DNA of 49,412 nucleotides, filler included, from Catajapyx aquilonaris (lineage: Eukaryota): assembly GCA_000934665.2 (NCBI GenBank). It is 3 parts of 3 records of this genome, joined end to end, with 100 filler letters (N's around TTAATTAATTAA, not from the genome) between each part and the next. Parts side by side here need not be neighbours in the genome. Positions count along the whole stretch, not along the records: positions 32,408 to 49,412 come from JYFJ02007295.1; 2 more parts are not named here. The stretch is one strand, 5' to 3'. Positions 34,080-47,852 of the stretch are shown here, one piece after another. A program made the translations under genes and the position numbers. The notes beneath the pieces are model-generated. The model worked only from the letters and a program-made list of their open reading frames with translations, made no database searches and was not told the origin of the DNA. Position 1 is the stretch's first letter; each line of letters opens with the position of its first letter.

Positions 34080-36766
34080 ATGAGCAGCAACATGAGGCAG
34101 AAGATAACCAGGCCTGCCCCCTCTGAGATTGAGTTCAAGAAGATGCGCTTCCTCATAACTGACCGACCCACTGACACCACCATCCAGTCTTACATTGAGG
34201 TATGCTTGTAGTGTGTGTGGAAATTTTTGCAAGATTTCTTCAGGTCTCCCACGGAAAGAAGGTTCTAATAAGATTGCACCACAGTGCTGAAAATATCCAT
34301 CAGGTCTGTCAATTTCAGCACTGAAGAAGAACAATTACATGAAGTCACTTCCCACATTGTTGTCAGATACAATTACAATTTTTCATTCTTGAAAAAAAAA
34401 AAAAAATCCTCGTGTGCAGTATCCATTTAGCAAGTAGATGCACAACTGGCAAATTGAATGCTGCATAATCTGCCACTTTTATTTGCCTTGCGCCATTCCA
34501 TTAAGCTGATATTTAAGATTCAAGGAAGAACAGGGTTTTTTTTCCACTTGTCTGGAAATAGAGGAAACTTGTCTATTACATAAATTATTTGTGGAAGCCT
34601 ATCTGCTGTATACAGGTTTCACGGTATTTAAGTCCAGGTCACGTTTAGATTACTATAAAAGTATAAAGTTTACATGGTCTTGGAGAGTAATTCATGAGTA
34701 GACAATTGTTCATCAGTAAAAGGTATTCTTTTCCAACTAATGAACCCATCTCATTTGCCCTGGATTTCCATCAATTTCAGTTCCTCCTGAAATGATATCA
34801 TTAGCTTAAAACTGCTTCCAAAAAATTAATTTATTTGGTTGAATTGCAGTATAATGCCCAGCTGTTCTGGAGATAATTTATGGTTTAACAATGTTCAGTT
34901 TGCTTACATTGTACCCGTATCAGGCTCTTGATGGACACATGATGTAACATGTTAGGCAGAATTTAGTTCCCTGCTGTAATTAAAATTTAACGGGCTTCAA
35001 TAGAAATAAAGTGTCATTTTTTCTCTTACTATTTCTGAAAATTTTGAAACATTACTCGTGTCACAAGGCTGGATTTCTCAGAAGAGGTCGAGCATTTTAA
35101 ACATAACATTCATGCTAATGTTGTACCAGACACCAAGTTACAAAACAGTGCTGTTAGAAATTACTCTGCATAATTCATCAGGCAAGTAACAATGGATACA
35201 AATATAGATCATGGACTACAACATGGTCATTGCTTTGCCAATGGATGACACAGTTTGATCTGATGACACCAGTGAAGCATTATTTCCTATTACAGCCAAT
35301 CTGCAGACAGCTACGAAAGAAAACAATACTGGAATTCCGTGTTACATTTGAACTTTCCTTTGGAGATCTAAATCTACCTTGAGCAAGAATTCCTGCAAGT
35401 GACAGATTTGCAAAAGAGCTGCCTTCTATTTCTGTACATCTGCAGTACTCCAATTACATAATGCAGTGTACTTCACGTTTGTAATTGATGAAACCCTCTG
35501 TCACTTGTCAATTCACTACTTTATGGACCAGTTTGGAATTAGAGAATTATTTTTGTATACGGCTACCATTTGCTTGGGGCCCACTGCGCTTCCTTGATGG
35601 TATCTATGGGTGAATGCATGCTGTATTCTGATCCCTCACCTCCCAAGAGGTGGACATTGTGTCAGTGCAAAGAACCTATCTCCATTGACATTAATTACTT
35701 ATTCTCTACTGTTTTACTGATTTCGATCAACACCTTGACAGGAACTGAAGAAGCACAATGTACATGATGTGGTTCGTGTATGCGAACCCACATACAAAGT
35801 GGAGGAACTGAAGAAAGAAGGGATCGATGTCACTGACCTGGTCTTTGACGATGGGACTTATCCCCCAAGTGAAGTATGTAATTGAATTCTCCTTCCTGAG
35901 TTGCTTTAAGTAAATCATCATATTTGTCCCTTTAGCTGGTGGAGGAGTGGTTTGATCTTCTCCGCAAGAGGTTCAAGGAAGAGCCCAATGGATGTGTGGC
36001 AGTTCATTGCGTGGCAGGACTGGGAAGGGCTCCAGTGCTGGTGGCCCTGGCCCTCATTGAACTTGGCATGAAGTTCGAGGATGCTGTTGAGCTAATAAGG
36101 CAGTAAGTTACTTGCATACTGTTAAACAGAAAATGGACGAGGCAGGCTGCCTAAGTCAAAATCATGTACAGTAGTTACGTGTAACTGAGAGATCATCCTC
36201 AAACAATTTCCTCTTTCAGTTCACAGTAGTAACATGTAGTTTGTACATGAGAATGTAATACAGTACATTTAATCTTGAACATGCAATAGAGTCTCGATTA
36301 TCCAGACTAATTGGGCCCAGTAAGTGTTTGGATTATCAAAAATTTTGTTATTATGTCAGCTGGAAGTGGGGGGAAAATTTGGTTACAGATAACTCAATAA
36401 GCTGGATGTAAATTTGAAATGAAGTTTGTTAATCTGTGAAGCAACTATGCCCATACAGGTGCTTGTCTGTGTGATTGACTGACATACAAAACGCTTGTGG
36501 CCGTGAGAGAAAACATGTGAAGGCTGCTTGTGCATGCAGCACAGATCTCTAAAGAGCAGTAAATAACGTGGGGATGTCCTGATAATCGAGACTAATCTGT
36601 ACCTGCTGTAATCCCTGTACCTACCATGTTAGTAATGGCTTGCTTTGACTTCAGGAAGCGGCGAGGTGCCATCAATGCCAAGCAGTTGTCTTTCCTGGAA
36701 AGATACCGTCCCAAGTCTCGCCTTAAGATTAAGAATGGGCACAAGAACTCCTGCTGTATCCAGTAA
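34080..36766 (+). CDS. PRL-1: PRL-1 / PTP4A prenylated protein tyrosine phosphatase, 176 aa
   Basis: Exons 34080-34199, 35742-35873, 35936-36102 and 36655-36766 give 531 nt in frame. Motifs RPAP.EI....[24 protein letters not shown]-loop [20 protein letters not shown] and the C-terminal CAAX box CCIQ. Confidence 0.97.
36284..36599. mobile_element. Tc1/mariner (pogo/Tigger-like) MITE, degenerate
   Basis: CAATAGAGTCTCGATTATC ... GATAATCGAGACTAATCTG-TA inverted ends in PRL-1 intron 3. Confidence 0.6.
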
Positions 36767-36957
36767 GGAAAAGGAGGAAGGAAGACAACTTTTCTGGTTC
36801 GCAACCTGAAAAATTGAAAAGGAAGTCAACCTTGAATGCCTCCCTCTTCTCTGCCAGCCATCACTGGGAAGAATGGGGGAAATTCTTTCTAGGTATTCCT
36901 ACCTTTGTCCCAAGTGGGTCCTGCAATTATAATGACAGGGAAAGAAGTGAAAAATAA

Positions 36958-36993
<36 letters not shown>
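36958..36993. repeat. (TAA)n microsatellite in the probable PRL-1 3' UTR
   Basis: Directly visible. Confidence 0.95.
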
Positions 36994-36994
<1 letters not shown>

Positions 36995-39429
36995 TAAAAA
37001 ATAGGTGGCTGTATTTTTTAATGTTAGGTGGAGAGGAATTTTCCAAGAGTACGGGAGCATCTTATGAGGTAGTGTGAGCAAGGCCCATGCCGTAGGATTT
37101 TGAATTGTGCGTGAGAACTGTTGCCTGTATTCAGCTTGCCTCATGACTTGATTATGCTATCAAAATTATGCAAGTGGCATACTTGGAGTCATTTGGAATG
37201 GAACGGCAATACTGGAGCACCACAGCGGCAAGAGCTAATTAGGGCTATCAATTAGTGTTTGGCAAGCGGAATGCAGTATTGAAAAGAGGCCTTTGTGCAG
37301 ACTACTACTCTTGTTACCTCTGCTTCGCTGTTAAAGAATCTCAGTGGTTTTTTTGTTTCCCTTGTAATAATCTCACCCATATGGGGGGTTAATAATTTCG
37401 GTAAAATGAGAAAGGAAGCAGTGGATCTGTAGAAATTCCTCCCCATTGCTGCAGCCACCAGTTTTTTGTATGTTCAACTTCACACTTTTTCCTCCTTTAG
37501 TTCTTGTGTGTGGGTAAAGGGTCAGAGCTCAGAGGGTGTCTTGATTTTATGTCCGTGGGAGGGCCAGTTACTCCTAACCACTTCACCTTCTCTTTGGTCA
37601 CTGCTGCTGCAGGGAACTTGTAGAACGTCTTCCAGATATGAAGAGGAGAAAAAAAATTATGACTTGAGTTTTTTTAGCTGCCAGAGTCAGTCTGTTAAGA
37701 ACGGGTTCAGACAATCACAGGTGGCATCCTTGTTAGTGACTCAATCCAGCAGGGCAACTCAGCATCAGTTCTTTTTGCTCCTTCCTTGGAACTTGTCAGT
37801 TACACCTTTAAATTCTTCCCAACTCACCATCTTTCGTGAGTCCTGTTTCCAACAAAAACAACTTGACCTTACTCTCTTGCCAATTTTGTACTGTATATAT
37901 TGTAAAGTGAAGTGGTGCACATGGTTTGGGATGCCCATCGGACTTTTTTTTTTTCATCCCCACCTTCAAATGCAACTCTCTGACCCGCCTGAAAGCCTCT
38001 CCTCCTTTTATCCTGACCTATCTTCAACCCAAGAAGTGTTTTGTGATACTGATATGTGGACGTTCACCAAAACTTTGCAAACCAGCTGTTTGAAAACGGA
38101 TTTTGAAACCCCATTTCCTCCAGCCTGGTGCCCCAACCCCAACTTTGTTGTGAATGAATTCCTAAAGAAACAAAAAAAGAGTAAAAGGAAGAAAATCTGA
38201 CTTTGTGCTATCTGTTTCCATTCCATCATTTTATTTTTATAGCTGTTGATAAGCAGACTGCAATGCAGAGACTAGGTATGGTACCACAAATTACGAAGAA
38301 TACGTGAGATGTATTACACTATTTTTTTGTGGCATGCTTGTGGGTGTATACATATCTGAGCAGCAGCTACACAAATCTGAAAATGAGTTCATCTCCACCA
38401 GCACTTGGTGTAGGTGGACAGAATAAATCCAACTGAAGTGTCAAGTGCAGTGTGGTGATTATTGCAGCCTGCTGCCACAGTAAATCAATGGCTTTTGTTT
38501 GCTTCAATTTATTTGCATGGGGTAGAAAGTTGCCAATCGATGTACCACATCTTTTTAATAAGAAGGGGTAGGTAGCGATGTAACCCAAGTGAGTGGTAAA
38601 ATGTGCCTAAAAGCATGATACTTACAGTAAGTGGCAGTGAAATAATACAACTTGATTAATAATGATAAAAAACTAGACATCCCAGGCAGACATTAAGCAT
38701 GGTATTTTCTCTCCAAGGCACAGAAATAACCCCAACATAATTACATAATGGTCATAGTATACACAGTTTTCTGCTTATGGCTATTGAAATGTCCATTAGT
38801 AAACATGATAAACGTTTGAAACACTCGTGACTGTAATCGTGACAATTTCAGAATGTTAATTGCCAACCATTAATTAACTAATGCCACTTAAGCAAACAAT
38901 CTGAGCTTCAGCCACATTCGGAAAGTGCAGTATGCTGCCGCTGCTGCTGCATCAAAGGCACAAGATTTTGCACTAATTGCACACCTACAACAAAAGTGAT
39001 GTGGATGAATTAAAAGGCCTCTGCACCATGAACCCCAAAGACACTCCATAAATGCCAGGGCAATTTTTGTGTGTTTTATGCTTTGAGGCACAGACAACAT
39101 GTAAGCCTACTAACCTGTAAGTGGGAACTCCTGCACATGTTCCAGGATGTGGAACCAAATGTTGGTTGCACACCAAACATCATGTGTAGTGCACTGACAA
39201 AATCCACACACAAGGGTGGGAAAGGGAGTAGTTATGGATTGTTGACCCTGTAACCACTTCTGCTAGAAGTAAACAAGATACCCAAGGGCACTTCTGCTGG
39301 TCGTGCTGGGTACTTGGGTATGTTGTTGGAGTCACATCATGTACCCACATATTTTATACATTACTGCCATTGGCTTCTTAATCATCATTCTACCTGTGGG
39401 AATTTTAGATGCGACTTTGGAAATGGAAA

Positions 39430-41750
39430 TTACAGTATTAGCATCATTGGAATCGACCGTTCGCCAGTAGTGAAAGCAGCACGAGTTGCATCATATTCAT
39501 AGGAAAATGTAATGAAGAACTTTTCAGAGCAGCATAAAACTGTAGGTAGAATCGTGCTGTTGCAATTCCCTCCAGCTATATCGCATACATTACAGGACTG
39601 AATTGATGGCATTGGTGGAGGGTTTTTAAAACTCTCCTCTTTTCGACTATCATTTACATAATTATTGCACCTACCGACTACATTTACTAATCTATTGGTC
39701 TCCCGAAGGAAGGGAAAAAAAGTGAGTCGTGACGCACTTGCTAATACATTTTCCCGACCATCGTTTTCCACCAACTTTTCTCCATGAATTTTAAGTATCC
39801 ACACCATCACTTTTGTTATACTTCCTGCAGGCGTTAGTAAGTGCATTCAATAACGTAATACCCAATACAGCTTCTGGGTAAAAATTGAATATATTGAATT
39901 GAACCACCCCGGAGATTGGATGCCAGGTAATTCCCAAAGGACCCAAAAACTCATCATCAACACTCGGGGATATTGGACTGCTCCAGAGAGATAATTTTTA
40001 TGCATTTCGATACCCAAACTTTCCAAGAAGTTCCTCAATGCAGCCCACATGCAAGAATATAACGTCCGTCACTAGATGGCCCGAGGGGAAGGGGCTCTTG
40101 TATAAGTCAGTCGTGAAATGGCCTGGCTGCAGGCTGATCGCAATTAAATGGATTGTCCCGAATATTGCATTATTGGACCTTGATGTCATCTCTCACAAGG
40201 TACATATCTTGACAATTGTGCGTCAGGAATCTCAATCATCCAGTGTCATTGTGCTGGCTGTTCTCGACAAAGGACAATGACGACTCCATCGGGAATACAC
40301 TGATTCTCATATCTCTAAGCGGATTAAATCTCTCATTTGAAGAGCTGACATAGGTCCTAAAATCCCTGTTGAATGAAGAGATCAGAAAAGACGGGGCATT
40401 ATTAAAGCAGACTTGTTCTTTCAACCGAGCACAGCTGCACCGGAACAATTTGGGAACGATAATCCCTACCAATCAGATGAGATTTTGTGCCTGCTTTTAA
40501 CGATCAGGGATTACTTCCAAGAATATAACTATAGACACGTTGATTGACCAACTGTTACCAAATATTAACTGCAAATAACTGGGAAGGTGTTGGTTGACGT
40601 CATAGCTATACTGCTAATTTTTGAGAACGTTGAAATGCGGCGTCTACAAAATTTCCCCGTGGTATCATTTTGCATAAGCTGCGGTAACGAGCATCTGCAT
40701 AAAATTTCTGGACGCTCAAAAGCCTGCCAGCATGTCAAATGGGGGGAAGAGACTTTAGGAGAAAACAGCTCCAGTCTTAAAATCCGAGGAAAACGAGCTG
40801 AAGAGGGTGATTTAGATGCCATAATTCGGCTTGAGTCATTTGCCAAGAGCTTTTATATTCCTGCCAAAGCAAGTCTAGGCGAAGCTTGTGGGAAATATAG
40901 TCTTAAGCCCGTTTATAACCAAGAAAGGAAAAAAAAAAAAAAAGCTATTGCGTGAATTAAAGGGTCTGTCTGCTAACTGTTTTTGACAGTTTGTTCCAGT
41001 AAAGTTGTCAAGCTCTCGTCTGGACTGTAAATATATTTCTGGCAAATTCTGGTAGTAATTACATAGTAACTGCACTCAGCTTTATAGCTGCGATGGCAAG
41101 ACACCTCCAGAAAAGGTCCAATAATTTACAGTTTGTAAACAGCATGTTTATTAAAACTATATAGCCTCTACCGAAGCTGTTTCACGACTGATCCTAGCGT
41201 CTCCCCAGATTCTCCACGCCATCTCTGAGCAAAACTACCAATTTTCAACCGCCTGTGGTTTGCATTGATTACTCTTCGCCTCGATTTTCCCGAATGGAGA
41301 GGCCTTATTACTAGCTGTAAAGTAAGGTGAGAGCTGGAGAGCAATTGCTGGGTATTATTATTCGGAGGATCTGTGTTCCGGACAGGGATGCTCGTCCACT
41401 TTGGAGGAGTCGTTTACGCCTTCGGGTTATTATCTCATTCGAATAAGTGGGTTATGTAGGACCTGTTTTTAGGTACCATTAACCTGGTGGCGTTCGGAAG
41501 TTATGCGACTGGAGGCTATTTCTTGGTGCTATGGTTAGAAATTGGTGTTTAGTATTTGGTCGCTTCTGTTATGGGGAGGTTTTGCCAAGGTGTGTCCATG
41601 GGGACATGAATTAATATCCTCGTGTACTATATACACGCGTTGCGACTGTTTTAAATACTGGATTTCGTTAATATTCGAAACGATTATACAAGCTGTATAG
41701 AACATTCTGCGAATAATTCTGCGAATTAATTTTGTAAGCTTCTTTTGTTT
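39430..41750 (-). pseudogene. Heavily degraded intronless reverse-transcriptase relic, most similar in motif layout to telomerase reverse transcriptase
   Basis: Collinear fragments in shifting frames: CP-like PFLEVSCHRSYKAECSYYVITTRIC (~41116-41042), QFP-like FLVINGLKTIFP...RNIK (~40925-40851), T-end NIW*QLVNQRV (~40566), motif 1 LIGR/IIVPK (~40480-40449), A MYLVRDDIK (40205-40179), B' GITWHPISGVV (39934-39902), C VLRY*xHLLTP (~39861-39829), E FFPFL..TNRLVNVVGRCNNY, CTE-like ILPTVLCCSEKFFITFSYE...RAAF. Each match is weak on its own. Confidence 0.5.
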
Positions 41751-44700
41751 ACTTCACATTGCAAACACTAAGCTAAAAAAAATCTAGTGGCGGCCTTGAA
41801 CTCAGATATATGTTTCATCCTAATGACGACTTTTACACATGTAATTACTGCATGTAGCACTGCGGGAAAAAAAAAACTTTTGAAAAATCCTGCATGTGCG
41901 TGAAACTCGGAAGGTAATTCCAGTGTAATTAATTGGCTTAGATTCTGTTTCCAAATGTTAGTGCAGCCCTTTGATCATGGATACATTGTTCATACCCGTC
42001 GATTCGCAGTCCCACTGTAGCCAAACTGAATATTTCAATTTCGTTATCAGACCACGAAGTTCCATTTTTAAAAGTTCATCGGTGATGCACGTGGTGACAA
42101 AATGTAATATTGTTACTATACTTGATTAATGCTTATAATCTGACATTAGCATGGCGATGCATTGGCACTTTATCTTACCGAATTAAAGTTACACATTAAA
42201 TTAGAAATGAAACATAATAAATACCGTGAGATGAATAACATAACTTGTACCGGTAATTTAAAATGTTTGTAATGTTCAGCATTTTTGTTTAAATCCAAAT
42301 TTTCGTAACTCCGAAACTCCACATGAAAAAATACCTACTGCTATTTTACCGTACTGTATATCAACAACCTAATTATTGTGTTCCGGCGAACTAAAGCCTG
42401 AAGCATGGCTCACATCCGTTTATCGAATTTTAAACCACTTTGGTTTATATTAGGCTATTGTTGCACATGAAAGCTGCGTGTACCGCTGTCAATGCAAAAA
42501 AGACCATGCTCTCATGCACTGGTGGAATTTTTTTATTTGGGTACACGTGATAAAGTGCGCTGTTAACAAGATGCCTCTGAGTCCCGATACACCATCAAGT
42601 TGCGAATGGCTACTAAACACGAAGCCTATATAACTTCCCCAGGTCAAAATTAGGGCATTAAGCCGAACTACTGATCGAATGCTTTCGAAAATGGGGGCAT
42701 TCCAACTCACAGTCAGTGTAGGAGAAAAAAAGTTAGGCAATAGTCAATTCATTATTAGTACACTCTTGACACTAGGGCTCATAAACACCGTCACGTTTTG
42801 AAGGGACATTTCGACACGCGAAAGTAGGCAGTGCAATAATCATTGGCACACTTTTAGTGCAACAATAGCAAATGGACTGACTGTAACTGCTGGCGATAAA
42901 TATCCATTATTTATTTACATTTATTGCAATCAGAATTTATGGAGCGTGGTAGCATTTAATATTGGTGGGTATGCAAATGAGGAACACTTGCCTCAAATTT
43001 GCTCTCCGCAGTCAAGGGTAAATTCATCGCTTTCGGTTTCACTTGGTAACTGTAGACTCTGCTATTTGCTCAGCTGATCAATCCCTTCATCAATATCTGA
43101 ACTTTGAAAGTATGCTCAGCGAACATTATGCTCCATTACCAATCCGTCGAACAAAAAATGGAACCTCCACTGATTATTCCAGTCTACATATTTGTTCGAA
43201 TCTTGAGTTTTTACGGTACAAATATGCCTATACTGGTACCTGCTTATATGCTAGACCTATCCAGCTGAATTGCGAACCGTTTTTTTTTTCTATGGCTATT
43301 CACGGGCACATTGTGCTCCCTTCCTTTTTTATGTATAGGCGAAATAAATCCTGGCTGAATCCGGATTGGCCTCATCTCTTTGGGGTATAGTTGGTAGTTG
43401 GAGGGGTAGTCAAGGGGAGCCTATGGGGGTGGTTGTCCAATCTCTCGGACTTTAATTAAAATGCAGAAGGCAGGAGGGAAGGGCAGACATTTCCTAGCCC
43501 GAAACAAGTCTCGGAAGGCTAGAGCTTTACTCTTATTTATTATTTTCCCCGTCTCATCCCTGAATCCCAGCCTGGAGCTTCCCCTTCTATGAGCCAAGGG
43601 GTAGAAATAGTTCCCAAGTTGGTATGGGGAGGGAGGCCAAATTCCACTCTTCCCCCTTGAAATGGTTATTATGCCGCCCCTTTCCTCCTCCTCTATACGA
43701 TCGCATCTCTGGAATGTACATGCTCAACGCAGCACACACTTATTGCAATATAAGAAAAAGGAAAAGTTGAGCCAGTATAGCCTTTCTATTGTTACACTGC
43801 TTTTTTGTCTCAACTGAAAATTGGGGGACAAATTGTGGAATTACTGTCATAACATGTACTGTAAATGATAATCAGTTGGCTGTGGAGTACATATGATTTA
43901 GTGTGGTAGATCATAATTGGAGGTATGTACCTGCACTAGTGGTGCAGTAGCCTACTTTTTTGTGTTTCCATATTTATTTCTAGCAGATTTCCCCCCTATG
44001 CGGTAACCATCCAAGGACAGTTTTTATTCCCGCGGAACCTTTCTGTTGGAGCATAAAATGTGGGAAACGTCCGATCCTACAAATGGGAGCTTCTTCTAAA
44101 CGAGCGAACTTGCCTCTCTAGGAATCCTCCAAAAACAAATACCAGAAAACTGGAAAAAGGAATTTTGGGAATGGAGACTCAAGTTTTGCCAGACGAGCAT
44201 TCCTCTCATTGCGAGTCAATGTGTCGTTTTAACCAGAATGTTCGTTTATTTTTATTATTATTCTTATTTACATGCGACGTCATCTGGAATTGTTAGAGAA
44301 GCAATTCCAGGCAAAAAAGTTCCCGATAGCCGGGTGAAGCAATAGCCGTTGGGGTTGAAAAGACGTCAATCTGGGTTGAAAAGGAGCTGCAACTTTTGTG
44401 TGTCTCCAGGCCGAGATGGAGAGGAAGGTTTTGAATGCCAGAAATCTCTCTCCCTGCCAACTTTGCCTGACAAGCCACCCCCAGGAAGAAAAAGCCAACC
44501 GGCGAATTCATTCTAACGATTTCCCCTACCTTTTCTACCCCGCTTTTGACATTCCCACGTGCATTTTTTTTTCTTCTTTGCCTTCTTCTTCAGGAGCTAC
44601 AGTGCCCCGCATTTTGTGCTTGTGGCCCGTCGTCTTCCCTCACCTTCAACGCCACCTGTCCTAAATATATTATCGGGCTTCCAAAAGCCTTAAGAGGAGG

Positions 44701-47091
44701 GCGGGGGGAACACATCCGCTTCTACACTTTTCACGTCCTTCAACTCGACTTTACAACCCACCACTGTCATTAATCATATAGCACCCTGGATGCTTCTGGG
44801 ATAACCTATAAGCGACTTCGATGGGAAGAGCCCATGATTTGCATTAATGTTACTTTACATTTACATTTTTACTCAATTAGCACCTTAATTTTTTAAATGT
44901 ACAAACTACACAAATGTCCTACATATAGGACGCTAGTGACATTTGCATGTATTAAAATGACTTGGCCATTAAGTTTACCTGCTGTTAATTGTCAAAGTGA
45001 AAGCAACTGGCCGATTCATAATTAGGTAGATAAATTAGCAGATTCAATCCCAAAATGCAGCATGAAGTTTTCTGCATTCATCTCAGGCGCATAATTGCAT
45101 TTGCAGTCCAGCAGAAGTAAATTTATTTGGCGACAAAATTTTGGACTGGAAAAAAGTATGGAACGTGACAAACTAAATGTAACTGTCAGGTTTGCTTATG
45201 AGCATTTTTTGTCAAACTGGGTACCAGTTTGTTTAAAAACTACACCGCGGAATTAAAAGGGCTCGTAACATAAAAGCGACCGCACCACACACACATCACT
45301 GTGATTCAGGTGGTTTAGGTATACTTTTTTGCTAGTTCACTTGGCAAATATTTGGGTAAAAATATACATCCCCAGCAAAATGGCAGTCAAGGCCGAAAAT
45401 ATGCGGATCATAAGTAGAGCCGGACGCAAATGACGAGTTATTTTCACGTTCATTCCACCAGAAGGGTGATGTCGAGTATGGCGGATTAAAAAAAAAGTAG
45501 AGTGTGGGAGTAATTAGGCATGTAAGCGTGGGTGACCCCCGTGCCAATCCATCCCACAGGCGCTTTTCAAATATTGGCCCTCGTGTAAGGGCGTCTCATT
45601 AATACCGCCTGCTCTCTGTTGTTTAAATTGTTCCTGGATATGCACCCTTCTAATTACATAATTAATTTTCAGCCTCCAGTGGCATTTCTAACTTGCAGTT
45701 CCCTGCCAGAGGTCACTTATTGTATGTGCGGGGTATAGCCATCGATCACCCGCGAATTTGCTTGATGGGGCGTGCTTTTTGCACTCTTTCAAATGCCCGC
45801 TGGGATATACACCCAGTTCGGGGGGTGATTGATTATTACCTATCGATACACCTTCGTATCTATTTCCGCGCGACATACTATACGTGTAATGTAACTTGTG
45901 ACACGACACGGTTTGTAGCTGACTCGACATATCCGAGATAATCAGGGCAGCATGTCGAACACCCAAGTATTGCGAGTTGCCATGAACAATTAGGATACTG
46001 CTAGATACGCATTAGAGGAATATTCCAATGTCGCAATCAGCATCTGATTGTCATGCAAGACTAATGAAAGAGAGCTGACAGGCATATTGAGGACTAGATA
46101 ACATCTTGAAGATCAGAGAGCATGGGACCTGACAACACCGCTCGGCTGCAGATAATAAATAGGGATGTCAAAAAGTCTTGTAATCAAATTCCATGTCCGC
46201 CAGTGAGCAGCTCCGACACGCCCGATGCCTCCAAGACTGGAGCTCAGCTCGAGAAAAGATTCACTTGTGGCGCTGACGACATGCCTTTGAAAAATGGGCA
46301 TCTGTCGGACAAATTGCCCAAGTTCGTCAATCTCCAAATGCAAGAAAGTATGGCAAGTGAAGTTCTCGTGGGCAGAATTTCATTACGGTGTGGTTAATTA
46401 GGGCTAGAAACCACCCTTACCTTCAAACCTTGCTGAGACAAATGGGGTCCTATAGCCACTGGAGTTTGAGGATTCATAGCGGCGAAGGCGGAGGAGTAGG
46501 AGGTGAAAGAAAAGGAGGGGTGTTATGGGATCCATGGAATTGTCGGATGAAAGTGCGGGAGGAAAGCTAAGAAGGCGAGGAAGGCCATCCTCCTTGAAAG
46601 ACTCTTAATCAAAAGGATTTCCACCCCCTAGGCCATTTACTCGGCCACACTCAAGCTGGAATATGAATTAGTTGACTTTTGGAGCTGGGTGCGCAATAAA
46701 AGCACGGTGATGCCTTGGGGCAATGAACTGTAACCTTACAGGCACAGTGCAGCTGTGTAAGCTGGTTGGAACCAAAAGAACTATTACTTTCACAATTTTA
46801 GGCAAATTTGGTCACCTCTTTTTGTGCAGGGGCATTACGGGTCGCCTCCGGGATGGGATGGGATCCCTCAAAATTTTTTACCGGCATTCCTCATGCAATA
46901 TTTACGAGTACTTTCACAATTATTGGTAGGCCTCCCACTGGCAGTGCAAGTTTCCCAACCTCAAATACTGCAGTTGGTTACTAAACACTACATTATTTTC
47001 ACTTTTTAAATTACAACATGGAAATGACAAGTTGAATAGCCTGTAAGAGGTAGCGCAGGAAGGGGGAAAAAAGAAAATAGAAGAAAAATAA

Positions 47092-47162
47092 TGAAGGTGG
47101 CGGGGATCGAACCGGGACCTTTTACATGCAAAGCGAATGCTCTACCACTGAGCTACACCCCA
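47092..47162 (-). pseudogene. tRNA-Ala(TGC)-like pseudogene
   Basis: GGGGTGTAGCTCAGTGGTAGAGCATTCGCTTTGCATGTAAAAGGTCCCGGTTCGATCCCCGCCACCTTCA followed by a T-rich tract. A/B boxes and the TGC anticodon loop are intact, but the T-stem is a base short and the acceptor stem is imperfect. Confidence 0.75.
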
Positions 47163-47536
47163 CTTCATAGGAGTTATTGCTTCATTACGAGGGGAACTAT
47201 GAACATGTTCATAACACGTAATATTGAACATAATTTCATGTAGGGTGACACCATTTCCAAATGTCCAAAAAGAAGGCCATAGATGCTCTGTATAGGCTGT
47301 GTACAATACACAATTTTAGACGAATAAATGCACCTTTTTACTTCGTCATCACCGAATCTACGATTTCATACGTCGTATTTAATGTCTCTGTCTCTATAAA
47401 TTGAGTGATGGCCAATGGTTTCACATCTATCTGTTCTCTTCCTTAGGCACAGGACAGAGCTCCTGTTCACATAAACCGCCTGGAGGAGGAGCAAGAAATG
47501 CAGAGAAGAACGCTCGAAGGAATACTGCAGCACCAT

Positions 47537-47584
47537 CATCACCGTCATCACCGTCATCACCGTCATCACCGTCATCACCGTCAT
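47537..47584. repeat. 9-bp tandem repeat (CATCACCGT)n, about 5 copies
   Basis: Directly visible. Confidence 0.9.
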
Positions 47585-47852
47585 AACTACCAGAATCTAC
47601 ATATGCTTACAATGCTTAATTGTAACAAGGAACCTCCCATTTAAATGTGCATAATAAATGTTTCAAACAGTCAGCATTATTATGTTTTAACTGATCCACG
47701 TTCATATTTTTGGATAATTTCTTTTGCCAATTTTTATCATTCATTTTGTACTCGTCAACACTACAGGATTGTAGGTGAGCGCTTCCTGATGCACATATAC
47801 TCGTAGGGGACTTTCTTTACAATAAGTACATGCTGGAGAGAGTATCAGTATC

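Noticed and set aside
37466..38200. 244-aa ORF downstream of PRL-1
   Set aside because: It has a non-ATG start, low-complexity composition and no motifs, and lies in the probable long 3' UTR.
42000..47000. Numerous short ORFs in the distal part of contig 3
   Set aside because: No recognisable motifs or consistent exon chain; treated as intergenic or decayed repeat sequence, though small exons cannot be excluded.
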